From NCBI GenBank assembly GCA_028286245.1, contig JAQBRY010000002.1, positions 142,779 to 206,778 of the forward strand: DNA of 64,000 bases, written 5' to 3'. The translations under genes and the position numbers were made by a program. This document shows, in pieces, positions 26,875 through 34,850 of the stretch. This stretch comes from Candidatus Saccharimonadota bacterium. Its GTDB lineage: Bacteria; Patescibacteriota; Saccharimonadia; Saccharimonadales; UBA4665. The notes beneath the pieces are model-generated. The model was not told the DNA's origin, did not search any database, and worked only from the letters and a program-made list of their open reading frames with translations. Numbering within the stretch: position 1 is the stretch's first letter; each line of letters opens with the position of its first letter.

Positions 26875-26955
26875 GTACATAGTATGCTCTTGGTGCTGTG
26901 ATGATGACAAAACTTCCAATATATATACAGTGCTACTCTGTTCTACAATAGCTGT

Positions 26956-27954
26956 ATGCAGGCATTACAAAAGAAAGTCATTCTACCAGTAAGCATTAGT
27001 ACCGTCCCCGAACTACTGGGAATGGAGTTTGATATTTCATTTCGGAAAATCAATGCCAAAATACACTTTCCAATATCAAGTAAGCACAATGACAAAGTCG
27101 GCATTAACGCTCCACTTTTACCGCCAGCACCTTATGATACAGGCGTATTGAAGATGATGGATAAAGGCTTGGCTGGCGGATGGCTCCAATGGGGTGCAAA
27201 CTCGTCTATTGAAAACGGCTCACTTTCTAGTGTAAGCGTTGGAGGCATCATTTTAACTCTCGATGGCGACTTTGAAACTAGAGATGAAGCTCGTACAACC
27301 CTTAACGCTATAGAGAGTAAGTTTCTGGAATGGTATCGAGTATTTGGAGCATGGCTAGACCTTCTTTCATGCCAAGACTTGAATACAGCTGAACCTGATA
27401 GCTTCATATCAAAAAATACGATGAACGATTTGTGGTCGGTACGAGTTGGCAAGGAATGGAGCAATGCAGGTCCAGACGTCATATACCTCACCACCGATAT
27501 AAAGTCGAAAAAGCTCATGATAAATGAAGCAATGGTCAGGGAGGCGATTAAGCGAGCCGATAAAGGCGACGATGTTAGCACAGAAAACAAACTCCTAATG
27601 GATGCGAGGCACCGTTTTAATCGTGAGGACTACAATGGCAGCTGCCTATATTACGGTCAGTACATCGAGGTGACCGCAAGGCGTAAGATTATTGATTACT
27701 TCGATAGCCAAGAGATTGGTGTCGAAATATCTAATGCTTTCCTTGAGAACAAAGCTATTTATGATTTACTCGATAGCTGTAAAAAGTTCTCAATCGACAT
27801 AAATCTCACCAATAAACAGCGAGGGGAGGTGTGTAAAATACGAAACCTTACGGCTCATGCTCGTCAGAGCTTAACTCTGCACTACGCACAGGAAATGGAG
27901 ACTTATGCTAACAAAGTATTTGAGGTTAGTCAGCCTGCTGACTTGTATGTATAG
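26956..27954 (+). CDS. HEPN-motif protein, 332 aa (putative RNase)
   Basis: The helical C-terminal region contains KIRNLTAHAR (R-N-x3-H at 27841-27858). The first ~190 aa are unrecognised. TACAAT (26944-26949) lies 6 nt upstream of the ATG. Confidence 0.6.
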   Translation: MQALQKKVILPVSISTVPELLGMEFDISFRKINAKIHFPISSKHNDKVGINAPLLPPAPYDTGVLKMMDKGLAGGWLQWGANSSIENGSLSSVSVGGIILTLDGDFETRDEARTTLNAIESKFLEWYRVFGAWLDLLSCQDLNTAEPDSFISKNTMNDLWSVRVGKEWSNAGPDVIYLTTDIKSKKLMINEAMVREAIKRADKGDDVSTENKLLMDARHRFNREDYNGSCLYYGQYIEVTARRKIIDYFDSQEIGVEISNAFLENKAIYDLLDSCKKFSIDINLTNKQRGEVCKIRNLTAHARQSLTLHYAQEMETYANKVFEVSQPADLYV

Positions 27955-28189
27955 TATGTAAAGGTTCTAATACAGCTGGGTAGTATTTATATAGAGTAGC
28001 CAACAGGTGCCGTAGTCATTTGACTGAACAGTTCGTCCCAACGCACCAGTTCAGACTTGATGCGGTTCCAATTAGCGACCTTGAAGCCGCACCATTCCTA
28101 CGAAATAACATTTGCAATCCGTACAAATAGTTTGATGCCGCAATATCCGCATTAGATGCTCAACCCAAATATACTGATATACTCAAACC

Positions 28190-28750
28190 ATGTCCACAGT
28201 AGTCTCGGTTGAATACGCACACATTTACACCAATCAACACATTTCGGACGAGCATCGGCTTTCCCTCAGTGTTTTAGGTGATGTCGTCAAACAGAACAGT
28301 GCAGACGGTAAACAAACATCTTTAGTGGTCATGGTAGATGATTATTCGTTTCCTGATCCAACATTTGATTACGAAAAATTTACAACCTGGCTCGATCATC
28401 AAGGCTTTAAGCCAGATCTAGTTTTCAGGGAGTCGCAGCTGATACCCGTCTGTGATCAAGTTTTAGGGCTCATAAATAATGCTAAACTACGGCAGCAATT
28501 AACAGACTACATTAAGGCTAAGAAGTATCCGTGCTCACTATTTATCGCCGCCTGGTATTTACTAAGGCTTGGTAAGCTTAAATCACCGCTATACCCAGAA
28601 GTATTACGTGCTGACCAGTTATACAACATACTCCCCGAAAGTTTTAAGCCATTTGAAGACAAGGGGCTAGAGATAATTGGAGCCACACTTTACCATGATA
28701 GTCTTGAGTCAATTAAATATAAGTTTGTGGCTGGTCGGCTGATAGCCTAA
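28190..28750 (+). CDS. hypothetical protein, 186 aa
   Basis: ORF with TATACT (28178-28183) 6 nt upstream of the ATG. No motif recognised. Confidence 0.5.
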   Translation: MSTVVSVEYAHIYTNQHISDEHRLSLSVLGDVVKQNSADGKQTSLVVMVDDYSFPDPTFDYEKFTTWLDHQGFKPDLVFRESQLIPVCDQVLGLINNAKLRQQLTDYIKAKKYPCSLFIAAWYLLRLGKLKSPLYPEVLRADQLYNILPESFKPFEDKGLEIIGATLYHDSLESIKYKFVAGRLIA

Positions 28751-29351
28751 ACACGAGCTCACTATATGAGTTGTCAAAATTCGAATTTTGGCCATCAATC
28801 GTAAAATTTATTTGTTTTTCGAGGGTAAACCCAAGTGCCTCAAAATACTTAATCTGCCTGGATGCAACTGGTACTTTTTTATCTTCACGAATGACGTGAA
28901 TCGCGCTATCAATCAGTAGCATGCCTGTGTCTGCAATCAAATGCCGTAGAGTCATCGCGTAATGTGGGCTTAGGGGATCGTCACCAAACCAGTTAAACGG
29001 TAGACTTGTGTATATATAGTCATATTTGTCGTCGAAAAACAGTTGTGTCATATCACCAAGCTTAGTTATTCCGACCCCAAGTCCTCGGGCCGTGAGTGAT
29101 GCCGCCTCTTCACTAGAAATTTTAAAGTTATTCGCATCAATGTCACAAGCATCAACTTGAGTAGCCCCGAGAGTTCTTAGCACGCGAGGAATGGTGTAAG
29201 CCCCACACGCCGGATCAAGGCCAAGTAAACCGTTATGGGTCAAATCATACTCATTAGCCATCCACATAACAACGCTATCAGGAACGATGGTGCGTGTATC
29301 ACCAGTGAAGCCGCGAGGAACATAAAAATCACCGGGAACATGAACAATCAT
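28713..29351 (-). CDS. class I SAM-methyltransferase-like protein with degenerate motifs
   Basis: LGLDPACGAYTIP (motif I-like), DACDID (acidic end of beta-2) and IYTSLPFNWF (a degenerate (D/N/S)PP(F/Y) motif IV). TGTATAGT lies 7 nt upstream of the ATG at 29351. The 3' end overlaps the convergent 186-aa ORF by 38 nt. Confidence 0.5.
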   Translation of the reverse strand: MIVHVPGDFYVPRGFTGDTRTIVPDSVVMWMANEYDLTHNGLLGLDPACGAYTIPRVLRTLGATQVDACDIDANNFKISSEEAASLTARGLGVGITKLGDMTQLFFDDKYDYIYTSLPFNWFGDDPLSPHYAMTLRHLIADTGMLLIDSAIHVIREDKKVPVASRQIKYFEALGFTLEKQINFTIDGQNSNFDNSYSELVFRLSADQPQTYI

Positions 29352-29508
29352 TATCATAACTATACAGTCTACTGATAATTAATAGTACTTAGCCTACAGG
29401 CAGCTCGGCAAAGCTGGGCTGTTTTTTGGTATTTCGTATTGGACTAACAGAACGTTCGGTCGTTAGTCACAGCCCCCAGCGTAGCGGGCGGCTGGATTAA
29501 CGTGCGCT

Positions 29509-29526
29509 ATCCAATCCGGGGCACCA
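29509..29526 (+). repeat. attR-like direct repeat ATCCAATCCGGGGCACCA
   Basis: Perfect copy of the tRNA-Arg 3' end with no tRNA body upstream. Confidence 0.85.
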
Positions 29527-29576
29527 CAATGCTTATACTTTACACTATAATCTTTTTGTGTTATAATCGGTTTGTT

Positions 29577-30173
29577 ATGAATTATTTGGGTAAATTCCAA
29601 CCTCCCTCCGCCGAAGATATAGCAACTCTCGACCCTGCTGAACGTGCAGATATGGCCGCGGCCTTATTAGAGGGTCTTGAGCCGGGTCGGCAGCCACTCA
29701 ACTTATTTAAACAGCTGGCTCGTTTGACTGTAGTTTCAACAGTTGAGGTAGTGCCCATTCGAACCGTCAAAAAACAACCAGAGATCTGGCTGGGTAAACG
29801 AAGCGAGAATGATCCATGGTGGCCTAATAAATGGGCGCTACCCGGTGTCGTAGTTCTACCGAGCGACACACATGATAATCAGAATACTCTCCTTGGGCCG
29901 GTAGCACGGTTGTTTGAATCTGAATTGCGCGGCATTCGGCAGATTGATGACCTATATCAACTACCGAGCCAGTTTCGTTTTGATGATCGAGGCAATGAAG
30001 TAACTACACAGTATTGGACTCATGTTGAGACGGACGAAGAGCAGTATGACGGACGCTTTTTTGCCCTCGATGATATACGAGACGCAGAACTTGATGGCAG
30101 CTTACTCAAGGAAGGTTTGATTACGATTGACCGCGCAATCGCCGACTACCAAATACGCCGCACTCAAGCGTAG
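29577..30173 (+). CDS. Nudix-fold protein with degenerate Nudix box
   Basis: KWALPGVVV...LLGPVARLFESELRGI resembles W-x-LPGG...G-x5-E-x7-REUXEEXGU, but the REXXEE is imperfect. The ATG at 29577 follows TATAAT-like hexamers. The track's GTG start at 29502 overlaps the att repeat and was rejected. Confidence 0.5.
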   Translation: MNYLGKFQPPSAEDIATLDPAERADMAAALLEGLEPGRQPLNLFKQLARLTVVSTVEVVPIRTVKKQPEIWLGKRSENDPWWPNKWALPGVVVLPSDTHDNQNTLLGPVARLFESELRGIRQIDDLYQLPSQFRFDDRGNEVTTQYWTHVETDEEQYDGRFFALDDIRDAELDGSLLKEGLITIDRAIADYQIRRTQA

Positions 30174-30202
30174 TAATTTTGCGGTTAATGAGTGATCAAA
30201 AC

Positions 30203-30220
30203 AGTTCGAACCTCAGCTGG
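30203..30220 (+). repeat. AGTTCGAACCTCAGCTGG motif, copy 1
   Basis: 17/18 identical to 30839-30856. Contains the 8-nt palindrome GTTCGAAC. Lies 30 nt after a stop codon. Confidence 0.6.
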
Positions 30221-30351
30221 CACCCTGTACCAAGGCAAGCAGCTTTACTTGCAGAAGTTCAAGCAATAGAAGAACTGTAGGCAGACATTTAAATGAACGC
30301 GGACACTGCTCGATAATACTATATACTAGACTGGTTCTCACTTAATTCACT

Positions 30352-30840
30352 ATGATAATAACCTTTGACGATTTAGCGGGCTTGCGGGCCCAGTATGCAG
30401 ACAAGAAGCTTGTCTTAAGTAGCGGCACGTTCGACTTACTGCATGTTAATCATCTTCACTATCTGAAAGCACTGCGAGATTACGGTGATATTGTCATTGT
30501 GATGGTCGCTGGTGATGCGAGAGTTGCCGCCTCGAAGGGCTCTGATCGACCCATCATTCCGGCTGCCGACCGTGCCGAACTGCTGGATGGGCTCAGAGCT
30601 ATCGACTACGTCTTTGTAGAGCCTGGCGCGAGCAAGCGTGGCGAGGTTGACCCTGTGTACGCCGATGTTTTTGCCCGCCTTCAACCCGACGTCTTCGTAA
30701 CCGCGAATGAAGACTGGAATAATTTTAAACAGATAATGGGCAACACAGAGCTCGTTATTTTACCGCGCATCACACTTGGTGCTTATGAGTCGACTTCCGC
30801 TATCATTGCACGAGCAAAATCTGTAGTCGACGATAAATAG
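30352..30840 (+). CDS. cytidylyl/adenylyltransferase-family nucleotidyltransferase
   Basis: SSGTFDLLHVNHLHYL matches the G-x-F-D-x-x-H-x-x-H signature of the cytidylyltransferase-like family. 162 aa. Confidence 0.75.
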   Translation: MIITFDDLAGLRAQYADKKLVLSSGTFDLLHVNHLHYLKALRDYGDIVIVMVAGDARVAASKGSDRPIIPAADRAELLDGLRAIDYVFVEPGASKRGEVDPVYADVFARLQPDVFVTANEDWNNFKQIMGNTELVILPRITLGAYESTSAIIARAKSVVDDK

Positions 30841-30856
30841 TTCGAACCTCAGCCGG
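30839..30856 (+). repeat. AGTTCGAACCTCAGCCGG motif, copy 2
   Basis: Overlaps the TAG stop of the nucleotidyltransferase gene. Confidence 0.6.
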
Positions 30857-30915
30857 AGCTCGGCACAAAACCGCTAAAGCTTGTAATTTTAAGATGAATA
30901 TGTTATTATCATACT

Positions 30916-31827
30916 ATGACATTTTCTGTAAATGGCCAAGAAACTCTACCCGTAGACCCGCAACGATTGTTAGGTGTGGAGCTGCCGGAGATTCAGACGC
31001 CACTCACGGTAACCTACTTAGCTGCCGTACATAAAGATCGGCGGGATTTTGATCCTAGTTGGGACAGAGTAATTGCAGAGGCAGACACAGTTCTGCACGA
31101 AGAAGCAGGTTGGCGTCCAGAGAATAGACTCGCCCTTAACCGAGTTGCAAATGGCACGAGCAAAGATGCCCGCATGTGGGCTCCAGATACAAAATCATAC
31201 TTTCGCCGGCGATTGGATGCTATCACCGGGACACGGGTTACACAAGGATTTTGGGATGTCTCCGCTTCTCAAATGCAGGAACTCGGGCTCAGTGACATGC
31301 TAAATAGCTACCATGCCAAATACGTAGAGGCCGAGGATTTACTAAAACAAGGTGATACAGACACCGCCTTAGATGTGATGGCTTCCGCACATATGCAATT
31401 AGCCACGTACGATACAGCTCGCGATTCAATCGGTCTGCAAACGGTGGCTGACACATTAAAAGACATAGGGCAGGACAAATCCGATGAGCCCGCTAAAATT
31501 GTAGTTATGGCAGGCTTAGCACACGTTTACCAAGCGGCGGCTCTAAGCCGAAAGCTTTCAGGCCAGGCACAAGACGTACGGGTTAAATCTTTGATAACTA
31601 ATCCATTCGGAGTAGGCCACATTAGCTACGCACGTTATCTGTCTCACGAAGATAGTACGCGCGAAGAAACCGCTAAACAATGGTTAATTAACTTGCTCCA
31701 TCAACATGAAGCAGCTAAGTCATCATACCTATCTGCAACTAACATTTTTAATGCAGTACAGGCTAAGGTCGAATCTATATCGGATGACGAGGCTGTAGCG
31801 ACATTATTGCGTACCGCAAAGCCTTAA
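30916..31827 (+). CDS. hypothetical protein, 303 aa
   Basis: Long ORF. TATTAT (30904-30909) lies 6 nt upstream of the ATG. KIVVMAGLAHVYQ is faintly reminiscent of TraB/GumN-type proteins (weak). Confidence 0.5.
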   Translation: MTFSVNGQETLPVDPQRLLGVELPEIQTPLTVTYLAAVHKDRRDFDPSWDRVIAEADTVLHEEAGWRPENRLALNRVANGTSKDARMWAPDTKSYFRRRLDAITGTRVTQGFWDVSASQMQELGLSDMLNSYHAKYVEAEDLLKQGDTDTALDVMASAHMQLATYDTARDSIGLQTVADTLKDIGQDKSDEPAKIVVMAGLAHVYQAAALSRKLSGQAQDVRVKSLITNPFGVGHISYARYLSHEDSTREETAKQWLINLLHQHEAAKSSYLSATNIFNAVQAKVESISDDEAVATLLRTAKP

Positions 31828-31869
31828 GCTGCAGCGTTAAATATACCTAGGATATGGTATAGTTTTGCA

Positions 31870-32655
31870 ATGATTACATTTGCTAAAGTGCAGGGTGCTA
31901 TTTACGATCTTGACGATACGCTGCTTGATAACGGGCCGGCGGATCAGCCGGCGCTGTGGCTTCACTCGCGTTCACGTCTTGCGGCCGTGCACCAAGCTGC
32001 TAAGATCCATAATATTCCGGAACTGCTTACCCTAACCGGCCAAGAAAACGGCCTGGCTTTTATGACCGCCACCGAACATTCCCTAAATGGCGCAATTTGG
32101 AATATTTTTTACCTTAAAGGGCTTACCCCGACTAACGAGGTCCAGCTTGATGGCACGCTCGTTGACCTAGCCCAAGAAATTGCTGAGCGCAAAAATGAAC
32201 TGCATGAAGTAATTTTGCGAGAATACGGCGTGGAATTTCCGGGCGCCTCGGATTTTATAAAACGGCTCGGCTCAAACGGTCTGTTTGGTAGGCAAGCCTT
32301 GGCGACTTCGGCCATTCAGCGCGACATTGACATCTTTTTAGATAAGTACAGCCTGCACGAGCAGCTGCCACCAGAACATATTATTTCTAACGAAAAGGTA
32401 ACCAAGCCTAAACCGGATCCAGAGTGTTTTGATCTAGCATTTCGGTCTTTAGGCCTGCCCGATTCGGCTCGTCGATCCGTACTGGCCTTTGAAGATAATC
32501 CTCGCGGTATGCAGTCCGCAAAAGAGGCCGGACTATTTCTATGCGCCATAACTACCCGGATGAGTGCTGATGATCCATTATTACTGGCACTAAAACCTGA
32601 CCTGGTAGCCGGTTCTTATGCAGAGTTTGCCCGATTGCTGGGCGTGCCCAACTGA
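31870..32655 (+). CDS. HAD-superfamily hydrolase (subfamily IA-like)
   Basis: Motif I IYDLDDTLLDN. Motif IV-like AFEDNPRGMQSAKEAG. TGGTATAGT lies 6 nt upstream of the ATG. Confidence 0.7.
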   Translation: MITFAKVQGAIYDLDDTLLDNGPADQPALWLHSRSRLAAVHQAAKIHNIPELLTLTGQENGLAFMTATEHSLNGAIWNIFYLKGLTPTNEVQLDGTLVDLAQEIAERKNELHEVILREYGVEFPGASDFIKRLGSNGLFGRQALATSAIQRDIDIFLDKYSLHEQLPPEHIISNEKVTKPKPDPECFDLAFRSLGLPDSARRSVLAFEDNPRGMQSAKEAGLFLCAITTRMSADDPLLLALKPDLVAGSYAEFARLLGVPN

Positions 32656-32667
32656 TCAGCTTGGCTA

Positions 32668-33027
32668 CTATTTAAGCGGCTCCAACCGCCCTTCATAGGT
32701 TCTAAAAACGAATAGGCCAAGCTGATACCGCGTCCAATACTCAGCAGCTTCCTGCCTGCCGGCTACCCAGAGGGCGTGCACAGCCTCAATGCCAGCCACG
32801 CCTATGGGCTCGTCAATGTCGCGTACCTCTCCAGTAAGTATGTCAGGGAATCGAACCGCCAGTCGGCCAATCTGCGATTGACGTACCGGCAGCGGCACGT
32901 CAACCCACTGCTGTTTGATGTGTTCAGGCGCCCCGCTCTCAGGAACCTGCGTAGGTGTAAAATGAGCCGCAACTGGGCCGTACTGTTCGTGTAAGATTCG
33001 TATGGCACTGATCGGAAAACTGTGCAT
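32668..33027 (-). CDS. hypothetical protein, 119 aa
   Basis: ORF only; no motif recognised. Confidence 0.4.
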   Translation of the reverse strand: MHSFPISAIRILHEQYGPVAAHFTPTQVPESGAPEHIKQQWVDVPLPVRQSQIGRLAVRFPDILTGEVRDIDEPIGVAGIEAVHALWVAGRQEAAEYWTRYQLGLFVFRTYEGRLEPLK

Positions 33028-33143
33028 ATATTACTCCTCTCAGTGTTGCAATGATACTGGGATTATAGCATGCACTTATCCAGGCAGTCGTTGAGATATA
33101 TCACTGTCGGCACTCGTAACACGTGGGTGTTGTATACGAAAGC

Positions 33144-34034
33144 TTATCTGCCGGCGAGGACAAGTCGTTCTAGGGCAACGGCAGCACCATTATAATGGTA
33201 AGCTGGGGCTATCAAGTCAGCTGCCTGCAAGGTTTTTGGGACAGCATTTTCGAGCGCCACACCAACGCCGGCAATTTTTAGCATGAGTTCGTCATTAGGC
33301 CCATCGCCAACGGCCATTACCTGCGCCGGGTTAAGGTTCTGCATTTGTAGCGCTTCAATTAATGCTGCCTTTTTGTTAGTGAGCAAGTTGGTAATAAATA
33401 CCTCAAGAGTTCCATCAACGTTCTCGTGCACGACGCGTGCAACAGTTGTTTCGGCTCCGTGATCAGCAACAATCTCCCGTACGTCAGGCAGGCGATCTTT
33501 GGGCACAGCATTCGTGGCTATAACAAATGGCTTCAGGGGGTTATAGGCAGCGGCTGATTCGTAGCCCAAGATTGGAAACCATATATTCTTAGGCGTGGCA
33601 TAGAGCGGTGACCCTTCTACCCATGTGTAGTCTCGCCCGTTATCTTGCACTGTGTGGGCTATATCCTCTGCACGGAGCACGCCGAGGAGTGTCTGGGTCT
33701 CATCCGTGCCAATGACCGTTTCACGGACCATAGATTCTGTTTTGGCGTCATAAAGCTGGGCCCCATCACTGAGGATTGATATACCCCGGGCACCAATGGC
33801 ATCCATAATGCGAGATGCTTTTTCTAGGGGGCGAGCCGTTGCTACTGCCAGTGTTACGTACTCGCCCGCGCGCTGAGCAGCTGCGCAAAAACGCTCAGTA
33901 GGAATGCCGGAGTTATTATTAGGAACGAGCGTATTATCAATATCAAAGTACACTGCTCGTATACCGTATTCAGCTTCGGCTTGGAGCACAGATGGAGGGA
34001 CGCACACACGATTCATCCCCTGTTTATACGACAT
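33144..34034 (-). CDS. HAD-superfamily phosphatase, Cof-type (IIB)
   Basis: Motif I VYFDIDNTLV. C-terminal AVGDGPNDELMLKIAGVGVALENA is typical of Cof-like phosphatases. Confidence 0.75.
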   Translation of the reverse strand: MSYKQGMNRVCVPPSVLQAEAEYGIRAVYFDIDNTLVPNNNSGIPTERFCAAAQRAGEYVTLAVATARPLEKASRIMDAIGARGISILSDGAQLYDAKTESMVRETVIGTDETQTLLGVLRAEDIAHTVQDNGRDYTWVEGSPLYATPKNIWFPILGYESAAAYNPLKPFVIATNAVPKDRLPDVREIVADHGAETTVARVVHENVDGTLEVFITNLLTNKKAALIEALQMQNLNPAQVMAVGDGPNDELMLKIAGVGVALENAVPKTLQAADLIAPAYHYNGAAVALERLVLAGR

Positions 34035-34104
34035 ATCGGTAAATTATTCAAGCAGTAGCGTCTTGGGTATTGCTGACCGACGGAAATCTGCCATACTATT
34101 TTGA

Positions 34105-34650
34105 ATGACAAAGTTTTACTTAGTAACGGGCAATGCCGGGAAACTTGCCCAGTATAAGCGGCTCTTGCCAAGCGACATAGAGTTTGAACCCATTGATTTG
34201 GACTTGCCCGAGATACAGAGTCTGGATAGTGAGGTACTTATTACAGACAAAGCTAAACGGGCCTATCAAATTGTACAAAAGCCAGTCGTCATAGAAGACG
34301 TGGCTGCCGGCCTAACGGCATTAAACGGCCTGCCCGGCCCCTTTATAAAATTCTTCGAACAGAGGCTTGGCGCTGATGCCCTAGCCCAATTAGCCACCAC
34401 ACAGCCTGCACAGGCCACCGTAAGCTGTACAATTGGCTTTTACGACGGTAGTTCACTCCTAATAGCCCGCGGCACCGTAAAGGGCACGGTAGTACCGGCC
34501 CGCGGTAGCAATGGCTTTGGGTTTGATAGTTGTTTTGTCCCTGATGGCCAGACTAAAACCTTCGCCGAGATGACTAACGGCGAAAAAGATGCCATCAGCC
34601 ATCGTTCCCTGGCAGTTTTAGACTTACTGGCACGACTAAAAGATTTGTAA
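34105..34650 (+). CDS. rdgB: non-canonical purine NTP pyrophosphatase (HAM1/RdgB family)
   Basis: FYLVTGNAGKLAQY...GLPGPFIKFF...GFGFDSCFVP...EKDAISHRSLA matches the ITPase signature order. Confidence 0.85.
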   Translation: MTKFYLVTGNAGKLAQYKRLLPSDIEFEPIDLDLPEIQSLDSEVLITDKAKRAYQIVQKPVVIEDVAAGLTALNGLPGPFIKFFEQRLGADALAQLATTQPAQATVSCTIGFYDGSSLLIARGTVKGTVVPARGSNGFGFDSCFVPDGQTKTFAEMTNGEKDAISHRSLAVLDLLARLKDL

Positions 34651-34665
34651 TACAGTGGTGTCTAC

Positions 34666-34683
34666 GGTATAATCACCTCTGTT
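34666..34683 (+). promoter_or_regulatory. conserved tRNA promoter block GGTATAATCACCTCTGTT
   Basis: Identical 18-mer to 24017-24034. TATAAT at 34668-34673. Lies 15 nt upstream of tRNA-His. Confidence 0.65.
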
Positions 34684-34697
34684 CTTTAGATAATTAT

Positions 34698-34775
34698 GGC
34701 GAGCTTAGCTCAGTTGGTTAGAGCGCCGGGTTGTGGTTCCGGAGGTCGTGGGTTCAATTCCCATAGTTCGCCCCA
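34698..34775 (+). tRNA. tRNA-His(GUG) with encoded G-1
   Basis: G-1 at 34698 pairs with C73. Acceptor GCGAGCT/AGTTCGC. Anticodon arm CCGGG-TTGTGGT-TCCGG. T-arm GTGGG-TTCAATT-CCCAT. CCA is encoded. Confidence 0.9.
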
Positions 34776-34792
34776 GGTCTTGAACACTATAA

Positions 34793-34818
34793 AGAGACCC
34801 AGCAATGGGTCTCTTTTG
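34793..34818 (+). terminator. rho-independent terminator after tRNA-His
   Basis: 8-bp stem AGAGACCC/GGGTCTCT, 6-nt loop, then a T-run. Confidence 0.7.
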
Positions 34819-34850
34819 CTATAATGGTAGTAAATGGTAAAACAAAAAAC

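Larger units (their letters stand above)
24181..29526. mobile_element. tRNA-Arg-associated genomic island, integrase-less (probable fossil integrative element)
   Basis: Bounded by an 18-bp direct repeat of the tRNA 3' end. The interior is visibly more AT-rich than the flanks and holds only orphan or defence-like ORFs. No recombinase ORF was seen. Confidence 0.7.

Noticed and set aside
27955-28189. 235-nt non-coding gap in the island. It contains a ~36-codon open stretch on the minus strand (EWCGFKVANWNRIKSELVRWDELFSQMTTAPVGYSI) that could be the C-terminal relic of a lost gene, possibly the missing recombinase.
   Set aside because: It has no start codon, is preceded by an in-frame stop, is too short, and has no recombinase motif (no R-H-R-Y elements). 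Chance cannot be excluded.
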